In this document: piece by piece, positions 16,611 to 28,600 of the stretch
Position numbering within the stretch: the first letter of the stretch is position 1
Layout of the letters: each line of letters opens with the position of its first letter
Source: a virus
Length of the DNA stretch: 64,000 bases
Direction: 5' to 3' (one strand)
IMG/VR virus record: IMGVR_UViG_3300030012_001663
Coordinates: 31,397 to 95,396 of that record
Notes under the pieces: model-generated
What the model was told of the DNA's origin: nothing
What the model saw: the letters and a program-made list of their open reading frames with translations, nothing else
The model's database searches: none
Position numbers and translations under genes: made by a program

Positions 16611-19600
16611 TTATATTTTTAAGGTACACTTAATGTTTTCTAAGAAAGCATCATCACTTATACCAAATTTAAGGTTTTTTCTTTTCTTTAGGAAGTCATC
16701 AAAGCTATTTATATCTTCCTTATCTGCAAGTATTGCTAACCTATCATTGAAAGGACCTATGTTTTCATTCCAATAATTAGTCATCTTCTCAACATCCATT
16801 TCAGATCTTTTAGGTTTAAGCATAGCTTTTAATTTACTTGGAGTTTCTACATCATCTTCAACAGCAGTTCCTGTCTCAAACTCTTCTACTCCCTCTATCT
16901 GTTGCTCTGCTCTTTCAAGTGCTGTTGCTTGTGCTTTTGTAAGTTTAGATACAAACTTAGATATATTAGTATTATTTACTTGTACGTTAACACCATCAAA
17001 TGATATATCCTCTGCACCAGAAAAATAATTAGGATCATTTATTCCTGCAGCTCTTTCAAAGTCTTCTAGATCATTTTCTTTGTTCTTCTCTACTACTGTT
17101 TCAAATATTGTTTTACCAGTAGGTCTAGTAAACTCAACTGTATCAAACATAAACCCAATACCATTTTGACTTGTAGAACCTGTAGAGTTTACAATTAGAT
17201 AATTTGTTTTCTTGTTTACAATATTAATATCTTGTCTATCTCCTGTATCCTCTAGTTCATATAAAACTTTATTAATTCTAAGATACATTGGTGCTATATA
17301 ACCATTAGGAGTAATTTCAAATGCTTGTAGGTCTGAAGCTCTTGCACCCTCTGCAGCAAAATCTATAGTAAGACCTTTGTCATTTATGCTAATAACATTG
17401 CTACCGCTTGGCGGTGTATAAAGAGTTTTTACAAAAGACTGAGAAGAAGAAGACTTTAGGTATCCTTCTACAAACTCTTTAGTTAGTTCTTGTATGCTTT
17501 TACCAAATACATCTATAACTCTATTTGGATCATTTTTCTGAGATAAGAATTCTTTTGCAACTACTTCAGAGTTCTGAATAAATCTATCCATAACAAAAGG
17601 TGTGAGTGCTTCTAATAAAGAGCCTTCTGCAAATTGTAAACCATCTTTTACCATTACATAATGTAATATATGTATAGCATCTTCCTTAGTGTTTACCTCA
17701 CCATAAATTTTAGCAAAACCATTTTGTAGTTTTATTTTTTGATTATCACTTAGTCTAGCAAAAGTATTTGACACAGCTGTATTCAAACCTGTATTGTTAT
17801 TTGCATCTTTAAATGATCTGTTATACACAAAGAAATCTAAGAAGTAATTATCTTCATCTTTATATAACTTCTTTAATCTATCTACTACTACATTTATATT
17901 TTCATCTGTAATACTATTAGGATATATCATTGTGTTAGATAGTGATCCTGATCCTATTTTTGCTTCTGTATTTAGTAATTGATTTCTATAAGCTGTAATA
18001 GTTAAAAAAGATAATAAATCAGTAGATATTTTTCTTATATCATTTTCTCTTAGTTGTTTTGTGTTAAAACCAAGAGTAGCTAACATAACTTTAAAGTCTG
18101 TACTGTGTGTCATGAGGATGTTTGGTAATAATACATCCTTAAATTCTTTGTGTATTTTATAGTTTGTTGCATGGAAACTATCACCCTCAAAAATCTTTCT
18201 GACATCAAAAGGTACAGTCTTACCACCTTTTATTCTGTGTTGCTTGAACTCTTTGTTAGTTAGCCCTAATCCTAATTGACTTGCTGCACTTTCTTTACCA
18301 ACAATATCAGCTAAGTTCTTACCATGACCTTGCATTAAGTTAATAAGTGCAGTTGCATTAATACTGTGATTAGTTATAGTATTTACTTTTTGTAATACTC
18401 TAAGAATACCAACTGTTTGAGATTTTGTAACATCTTTATCATTTAAGGCTTTTAATAAAACACCATCTGTAACTTTAGCTGGCTTAGCTTTTAATTCTCG
18501 TATTCTAGCATTAATATTAAAATCTGATACACCTTCTTCTATTAATGCAACAACTTCAGGATTATTTACAAAATATATTGAAGTCTCAAGTGGTACACCT
18601 AAACTTACCATAGTAGTAACATAACCAAGAGCAGTTTTGTTAAGACCTAGCTTAGATGCTAATCTTTCTTTTGCATTATCAGTCATTGCTGTAATCAACT
18701 CAGATAATATATATTGTATTCTATCTCCTTTTTTATTCTGTCTATTATTCTCTAGTACGTAGTCTACACCAAATGTTTTAAATGTAGAATTATTTATACT
18801 AAAGTGATATTGTGGATCAAGCTTAATACCAAACTCAGCAAATAAACTATAATATAAGTTGGGTTTTACAACAACACCAATAGAGTCTGCACCTTCTTTA
18901 TTGTTTTTGAATGATAAAGTTTTACCAAGTAAACTATTTACATCTGTTTTAACATCTGCTGTTCTCTTAGCAAACTCTGGTGCATCTACTTCTAATGACT
19001 TTCTTATCTCTGTAAGTCTTGTAAGCCCTGTACCTTCATAAGATATAGCTACATTATTTTTACCATCTATATTTCTAGGTGTAGTTACAAAGTCATTACC
19101 AAGTAAAGCAAACTTATAATCTAGATCTTTGTTTGATAAAGCACCCGCATATGGTTCACCATAAGTTTCAACATAGGTATTATACTGTTCTAGTGTAATA
19201 GGCATACCAAGCATCTTGAGTGCTTTAATAGAGTCTAGTTCTAAACCTGATGTTCTTCCTATTGCAGTATTGTCATCATCAAGCTTGATAGTTTCTGATC
19301 CTTTGTTTCTTTTATCTAGCGCTTCTTTATAGATATTCTTACCCCTAGCTTTTATTTTACTATTAACGTATTCTACATAGTCTGCATAACCATTTGTACC
19401 ATACTCAACAAACTCATTACCTTTTTGATAAAACTCTTTAAAGTGTGTATATAGTTTATCAATATCAAAGTCAGCACCTGATATCTCTAATAAGTCTACA
19501 GGAAATACAGCAGTTGAGCCAAGATAAGTTGGTAAGAAATCTATCAACTTAAGATTAATAGCTGAGTGATTATCTTGAGAAGGTATACGTACACCATATG

Positions 19601-22600
19601 CTTTTGCAACAGCGTCTGGCATAGATGCATTTGTATTTTTTATTCCTGTCACTACTTCACTGTGGTGTGCAGGCATTAAAAACTCAGAATATCTTTGTCC
19701 TGTATATTTACCATTACTATCATATTCTTTCAATCCCATTCTTGGTTTATCAAGAACAATAACTCCTTGACCTTCTGATGCTTCTATAAGTCCAGCAAGT
19801 CCGTCCATATCTCTTGATATATCCAACACTGGTTTTTCATTACCAAATTGTTTGTGGTAAACATCTTCTCTAATAATTTCTTGTCTGTCTATATTACCGT
19901 TCTCATCTAAAGACAATACTCTTCTATACACTTTAACACCATAACCTGACATTAAAGCAAGAGATGTTCCTGGTAATTTATCAGCCATTACACTCTTACT
20001 GAAATATGCCATAAACAATTGCTCTGCTTTTGCAATAACATTAGGTGTGTTGAGACCATACTTCATAGAACCATCTTCATTTGTCATAAACTGTTCTATA
20101 ATATTAGAACTAGCTTGTGATGCTTTTAAAGATTCTGTTGCATACTGCAAGAAGTTATATAGATCTAACTGTAAATCAACACCAGGTTGTAATAACTCAT
20201 CTGACTTAACACCATCTAAATTATCAAAGTCAACTAGTAAGTTTCTTTTTTGTATATGACTAAGTAGTATCTTTTGTGAGTTGTTTTTATTGTACTGTTC
20301 TTTAATGTCTTTGACAGTAAACTCAGTACCATTTATAGTAACCTTTGTATTATCTTTTTGCTCTCCTGTAATTAATGTTTTCATCTGTGTAGGAGATGTT
20401 ATCTGCATTTTATTAGATGGATTTACTACCTGTAATCCCATAAAGTCTGTAGATAACTCAGTTACATTATTTTTATCTATTGCAGATGCACTAAATGCTT
20501 GGTCATGAGTCAATACATTCTGCTTTAACATCTTAAGAGCTGAGGTAGGAGCACTGAATATAACAGTTTCATTTGCTCTTTCATACTCTTCCATTTTAAT
20601 CCTCATATTATGAAGCTCTACCTTATTAGGTTTTGGAATAGTATATTCTCCATTTTCATCTTTAAGTGAAGTAAGCTCTGGTGTTAGTGCTACAGCTGAC
20701 ATTTTTATGTATGTACTACCATCAAAGTATACCAGCTTCATAGAGTTCATAACATGCTGGTCAGATACATAACCTCTTGTGTCTTCTGATCCAAAGAATT
20801 GATCTGCTGTCACCTCTTCACCTGATTGTACTTGATCATGTAATTGTGCAAAACCTTTATTGAGTCTACCCATACCAAAGTTAGAATATCTAGATCCTTT
20901 GGTTGTCATATAAACTTGTGCATCTGTTTCTTCTGATAACTTATCATCTGCCTTTCTTTGATACATAGGATCATTAAATGGCAGTACGCCAAAAGAACTA
21001 AGTTTGTGATTAATACCTAACTCAGGTGCAACAAAAGGCACAGTAATATTCTTATGTGCTGCATTTTGTCCTTTACCTCTTTTTACCTGATCTACTGCAT
21101 CTTTAAGAGTTCTACTCTCATCTCCAAGCAACAATTGATTGATTGCGGTAGTATTTAATTTATCATTAAAATATATCTGAGCTAAATTAAATGATGCATC
21201 TGATCTTTTTAAATTTAATTGTTCCATTGCTAAGTCTACGTCAGCATCTAATTTTCCTGACTTGTTTACTAAACCTGTAGCTGCAACTGGAATATCTGAA
21301 CCTAATACTCTAAGCTGAGCTATTGTATCTAAAAATTCATCAAACTCATTCATTAAATTAGTTTGTACATGATTGTACAACTTACCTTTTAGTGTTGTAA
21401 GTTTCTTAACTGCATCTTCAAAAGATAGTTCTCCTTTATTTGCTATCTCTTCTAGTTCTGTTGCTACTTCTTCTGATAGATAACCTCTAGATGTAAATAG
21501 CTTATATGCTCTACCGTTTTCATCTGAGTTATATCCTTCAATTCTATCTTGAGTAGGTTCAACAACTTCTTTTACAATTCTATTATATTCTTGTCTAAGT
21601 ATATCTACAAACTCATCTAGTACTGGTACAGCAATAGTCATATCAGAACCTGTTCCTTCAACAGCTTTGGTTACTGGTAATAGCATCATATCACCTGTAT
21701 TAGATGCTTCAAGCACTCTAATTAAAGATGGTGCAAGCGCAACCTTTTCTCCATTTACCTCTACTGTTTTGTTCTTAGAGTTACTAGTATTATATAGATA
21801 GGTATATGCATTAATAAGATTTACTAAAAACTCTTTGGCTGTTTGTTTTCCATATGTAGTAGAATCTTGTTTAACCAAACCACCGTCTCCAATGATCTGA
21901 CCTGCTTCACTTTGTTCTATACTTGCAACTCTTGAACCAGCTATTCTTAATATAGATATTTGATCTGTCTCAGATAATAAATTAAATGCATCTGATTTTA
22001 GCAAGTAGTTATTAGGATATTTCTCTTTAAGCTCTGCAATAAAATCACCATCATTCATTTGTACAGCCATCTTACTGTGGAATGTTGGTAACTGATGTAA
22101 GTAAACCTGGTTACCATCAGCATTTATATATGTACTAGCACCTACATTCTCATCAAACTGCTCATTTGCTATAGCCATTCTAATAAGTCTAGACTCCATG
22201 CCTTCAACACCTTTGTCAAAAATGTTACCTGACTTATCTTCTTTTAATGTAGCACTACTAACAATATCTCTAAATGTAACAAAGTCTTTAGATGACAATG
22301 GTTCTACATTTTGATATTGTTTTATAAATGTCTTTTGTGCTTTTGTAGGTTCTAGAATAGCTTTGCCTTCATTTGCCACAAGCATGCTGTACTTAATATA
22401 TCCTGTGCTAAGTAGTATACCTGTACTATTGTATAACTTTTCTCTAATAATCTCTGCCTCTTTAGATAAAGCTTTTTCAGAAATAGACTTTCTGCTTCTT
22501 GAAAGTTTACCTATTGCATAGTCAAACGTTTGTGTTGCTTGGCTCTTGCTAGATGCATTTCTTTTAATCTCATTTAGTTTTACATCATAAGCTGCTGACC

Positions 22601-25600
22601 ATATATTTATCTGTGATCTTGCAGCATCTCTTGAAGCAGCATCATATAAATAAGTTTTATTATTAGCCGGGTCTTTCTGTACAAATAGGTAGTTAAACCT
22701 GGAGTTTTGGAAAGACTTAATAACCTGTATCAAGAATGCAGGATTATTAACTTGTACTGGCATTTGTTTATTATCAACAAGCATTTGTACATCTTCTTGA
22801 CTCATACCAGCATCATTAAATAATCTATCAACAAATGCTTTTGTGTGCATATTGTCTTGGCCATAATTATATAATGCAAGTAATATGTCTTCTGGTGTAT
22901 TAAGATTCTTCACTGCTTTTAATGCACCATTATATACTCTATCTACATCTACTGGAACAATTAATCTTGCCCCTTCTTTTGTTACTTCACCTCCTACACC
23001 AATAGTTTGATCAACTATAAATTCATTACCAAATATATCTGTGTCTTCTACAGTAATAGTACCTATGTATTGTTTAATTTGTGTAGGTATATTAGAAGCA
23101 CCACCAATCAAACTAGCATCTTTATCCCACTCACTTACATCACGTAGCCCTAAGTTTTCTTCAATAACTTCATTTATATCTGCCTTCTTATCATACTGTA
23201 AGTCATAAAACTCTAATTGTTTTCTCACAGCTTGTATAATAGGGAATGAGCCAGGAGACTCTTCAAACATTAATGCTGTATTTATTTCTACAAGTTGGTC
23301 ATACAATTCATCAGATAATTCATTATATCTAGTTTGTTCTGGATCATAAAGCTCATAGTATTCATCATACATTTGATCTTCAACAGCCTGTAAAGTCATT
23401 TTAGGATTCTTTTCTTTTATTTGTAAGAATCTTGCCGCCATACTGCTGACTAGGAAAGTAGATATATTAGGATCAAGATATTCAAAATCTACAGTTCTTT
23501 CTCCTGCTATTTCTTTTATAGGTAAAAGTTTATATGCATCCAGAGTAACACCCTGATTAATCAACTCATCTGTATAAAGGTTATCTGTAGTACCTCTAGA
23601 TCTAAACTTACCTGCATCAATTGATTCATACAAGCTTTGTAGTTCATTTTTAGAATACTTACCAAATACAGATTTTATCCATGCAATAAATCTGTTAAAC
23701 AAAGATTTAATAAATGATGCTGTCTGAGTATCTTTTGGATTCTTTTTAAATAACTCAAACTGATCTGCCATATACTCTTCAAAGAACTCTTGCTCTAATC
23801 TCTTACGTGACATAGAACCATAGAGATCTGCAGAGTTTTTAAACTTCTGTATTTCTGTTTCAAAGTTCTTACCTTCTGATCTTAGTTTTGCTCTAAGTTC
23901 TTTTTCTGCTAAAGCTAAGTATTGTTTCTGCTCTTCTGGTGATAGTAACATTCTAAATACTGCATGGAAAGCTTCATGGTATCTAAACCCATGATCACCA
24001 ACGTATATAGTTCCGTTGATGTCTAAACCTCCTGCAAGAGAATCAAGAGCTAAAACAAATTTACCAACAGTGACTCCGTTTTCTTTTAGTCTGTTACCTA
24101 CTTCATTAATATCTTTTATAGTAATAAAGTTAGGTAGATTGTTTTCTGCCCATGACAAGAATGAATCAATCTTTTCAGTTTCTACTTCTGCAAACTCTGC
24201 AGGTAGTATTTTGTATGCACTAGAATTATTTAATTTTTTTCTAGCATTATCCACTTCTTTTTGTAAGCTTTGGTACTCTGTATTTTCATCAAGTGCTTTC
24301 TTTCTAGGTACACCGTCTTCTTTTGCCTGCTCATATATAGCTTTCTTAAGAGCATTGGCCTGTGCTTGTAGTTTATTAAACTCTTCTATCTGCTCTTGTC
24401 TTTCAGATACTTGTTCTGACTTAGCCGCTATTTCATCAAGCTTACCTATGTTAAGAGTTTCTTCCTTCTTAGTAGTCTCTTCTTTAACAACCTTTGTACT
24501 TATGATCTTGTCTTTATCAGCCTGTGTAGAGTCAACAGAAAAATGTAATTTTCTTTTTGGTTGTCTAAACTGTATAGTAGTATTAGTTTGATCTAATATC
24601 TCATCTACCGTAGCTGTTTCTGATATAGGCTCCTTAAAGCTTTCAGCACTAAGTGTATTATTTGGATTAACTTTATTGTATTCTGTAATTAAACTTGCAA
24701 GAACATCTGTTGCACCTGTCTCACCAATTGCACCATCTATAAGTTTTTGTATAGCATTTGCTTTGATCTCAACCTTTTTACCACCCATCATGTCTAATGT
24801 AATAGACCCATAAGGTGTAACCTGTACAGCTATTTGTGTACCTGCTTTACCAGCTAGATAGTAATCTGCCTTAATTTCTTTATTCCAATCTGTATTATAA
24901 GAATTAGATTTTACTTTACCTTTTTTATCTACATTTGATTTAGCTGTATCTAATGCTCTTTGTATAATTGTTTTAACAAAGTACTCTTGTATATCTTCTT
25001 TTGGATTTAGATTAAGTGGTGCTAGTTTAATAGTACCATCTGGTCTCTTCATCACTGCAGTGTAACCAGTTCTTAATGCTATCTTATATAAGTTATTATC
25101 CTTAAGATCTTTAACAACCTTATCATACAATGCTTGTGCTGCGTCAGAACCTTTTTCCAAACTACTCTCAAATGTTACAACTTGTTTGCCATTTACAGTT
25201 CTTCTAATTAATACAAACTTATTACCATCATAGGTATTGTTTTCTATTTCATTTACACTAACAGCTGGACCATTGTAATCAAAGCTTTCTCCTTGTATCT
25301 TTATATTAAGACCAAGATCTTTTAGTTCTGATATAGATACTGATGATTTACCATCTGCAAATAATTTATCAAATATTCTTACAACACTTCTAGAAGAGTT
25401 AAACTCACTTAAGATGTGGTTTCTATCTGCAAAGCCTTCAAACATATACTCTAAAGAAGACAAAGGATTATCATTGATGCTAAGTCTCTTGTTATCTTGA
25501 TTTACAAACAAGTATTGTCTATTAGGCATATACGCAACTGGTTGTCCTTCATAGGTTAGAGTAATAGTATACTTCTCATTTACTTTCTTTATAAATGGAT

Positions 25601-28600
25601 TCTCTAGTTTATCACCTATCTTCCAGCCTTTCTCTGGGACACTAACTGCAGGATTCTGTCCTATAGTTATTTCTAGATCATTGATATCTATTACATCAAT
25701 AAGATCTCTAAATCTTTTCTCAGCATCTTCTTTTGACTCACCGTCATTTCTATGAGCATATATACCAGTTAGTTCTCCTGGTCTTACTTTGCTATAGTTA
25801 GCTTTATTTTCAATAATCTTTTCTCTAAAGTTTACTTTGTCTTTAGTGTAGAGTTTAGCAAAGCCTACTTCTTGTACTAAAATGCTATCATCTCTCTTAG
25901 CATTAAAAGGTAGTAATGATATCTTGTTACCATCTACAAGACTTGTTGGTGATCCTAATATATAGAATCCTTGCCCTACAGAATTATAAACTACATCTCC
26001 TTCTTTTAGTTCTACACCATCAAAGACATATGTAGAAGTATCAGAGCCTTGTTTCATCAATGTCTTCCAATCAGCATGTGCTTTAGTCTGGCTTGTATAG
26101 ACACCAATGCTATTTAAATTTGCTTTTGTAAACATATAACCAGGCAATGACTTACCAAAGTTATCTGTAATTCTATAAGTTTTTTCTTTCTTACCGTTTA
26201 CTTCTGTAGTAACCTCTAGTATATTAATACCGGGTCCTTTTTGTACCCACTTTCTTGTTGGACTTTGTACTGTATCTAAACCTTCTTGACTCAAGTCTTG
26301 CTCTACTACATCTGCAATATTAACTGCACCTTTTGCTAAAATAGTTCTTACACCAACTTTACTAGAGTTTTGTGTTAACCATTCACCAAACTTGCTTTCA
26401 TCTACAGCTTCTTCTGTTGGTAAAGTTTCCATCCACATATTTCTAAGCTCTTGTAATGCATAGAATGCTTTTCTTGTAGACGCTAGATTTAACCACTCAG
26501 TTTCACTTATAGGCTGCTCACCAGTATTCAGGGTGTTAACTTTATACTTATCATATAACTTAGTTAAAGAAGACTCAAGACTACCTTGTATCTCATCCTT
26601 TTTTATTGGTGGAAGTTTTGATTCTTGTGCATCAATATTTTCAAAGGTTTGGGTGTCTTGAATTTCAGCTGCTTCCACATCAGGTTCAGCATTTTCTTCT
26701 TGAACATCTTCTTCTGTTTGAGCTTGCTGCTTGTATACTGATATGGCGTCCTGGATTTTTGCATACTTATCTGGATTTGTTTCTTCTGTAACTTGACCAG
26801 CTTCATCTTCAAAGTATTTTAATACAGATGCATCACCTGTAGTTAAGAAGTGCATTGCTGTTTGAGGATCAAGTACAACACCTAATTTATTCAGTTGGTT
26901 TAATAATGTATTCTTTTCTACATCATTAACAGATGCTTTAATAATTTTTCTGAATGTCTTTCTGCTATTCTTAAATATGTTAGCCATTATAGGCTCTATT
27001 CTTTCTGCTAGTTTATCTAGATTATCTGGATCTCTTAATATCTCAATTGCTTTGTCATAAGCTCTTGTTCTTTCTTTAAGAGTACCATAATCAAGAAGTA
27101 ATCTTAATGCCCTATCAACAGCTTCAGTATTTTTAAATGTACCTTTTTCTTCTGCTAATACATTAATATAATCTAAAAATGCTTTTCTTACTTTAACTAT
27201 ATTTTTTTTGCTTCTGCTAAACCTATCACCTTTTTTTGTTTGGTTCTCAGGTGCTGTAATTACATCATAGTAGTTCTGTAAAGCTTTAACTTTTTTCTTT
27301 TTGTTAGCTATATCTGTTCTAAAGTTACCTTTTGTATCTTTAAGAGTTTGTATTTCTTGCTCTAGTAAACTTATTTCTTTTTGTATTGTAGGTGCATCAG
27401 CAAGTACTTGTATATCATTAGCAGCACCTTCTGTAGCAAATATAGGTTCTGTTGCTAATTCATTATAAATACTAGTAGATCTTTCTAAAGCTCTTTGGAA
27501 ACCATCTTCAGTAAATAAATTCAAAAATCTAGCATGCTCATATGCTCTCCACTTAATCAATTCAAGAGTGTGCTCACGTGTACCTTTCTTAAACTTTTCT
27601 GGATTATATTTATTTTGATATTTATTTTTGTGGTTTCTATATCTTTTCTCTTGCTTCTCTATTCTATTGATAAGATTATTTAGTCTTTCTCTACGTTTAC
27701 CCGGTGTTTCTTCTTTAGCTCCTTCAGGGAAAGCTTCTATAAGTTCCTCATCAGATAACTGAGCAAGATCTCTTAATGCATCTGTGTAAAAATGAGTTCT
27801 ACCATTATCAAATAATGTCATAGAGTGTTGGAACTGTGCAAAATCTTTTGCGTCAAAGAAACCAAGAGGATCTCCTTCATAGTTGTATACATCCATTTCT
27901 TTGCTGGTATCATGCTGTACTGCAAAGTTTAATTTGTCTGGATTAAACTGACCATCAGGACTATCTAGCATTTCATTATAACCTTTGTTATACTGTTCTA
28001 CTAGTTTCTCTATGTATTCAGTCTTTTGTTTTTGGTATTCCTGAAACTGTGCTTTGTTTACAAAACGGTTATACATATTAGGCATACCCTGAAATAAAAT
28101 TCTTTGAGGTCCTTGTACTAATCCACCCATTAAGAAACCATGCATAAATGTTTCAAAACCTCTTGCTGACATTTGACTATCTACAGCTGAAGCAAACGCA
28201 TGATCCATTGCTTGATGATGTCCTGCAGATGGATGTTCTAGTATTTGAGAATAAAAGTCTTTCGTACCAACAGCAACTGCTTCTTGATAAACTTCTTGAA
28301 AACCTTCTGCAAAGTTAGCTGCAAAGTATCTTATAGCACCATGAGCACCTGCTCTAGCAGTACCACCTACTGTCCAAGACTTAATTCTTTTCATAGAAGG
28401 TAGACCAAGCCACCCTTCTCCTACATCTTCAAAAACATCTCTAGATGCTTTACCTACTGCATCTCTTAATGGTTTAGTTCTTAGTATCCTTCTACCATAG
28501 TTAGTAAGTTGCTCATTAAATATTCTACCTAATGAACCACCTCTACCACTTAATGCTTTTTGTAATACAAATTTATTTGTAAGCCATATAAATGGAGCAT

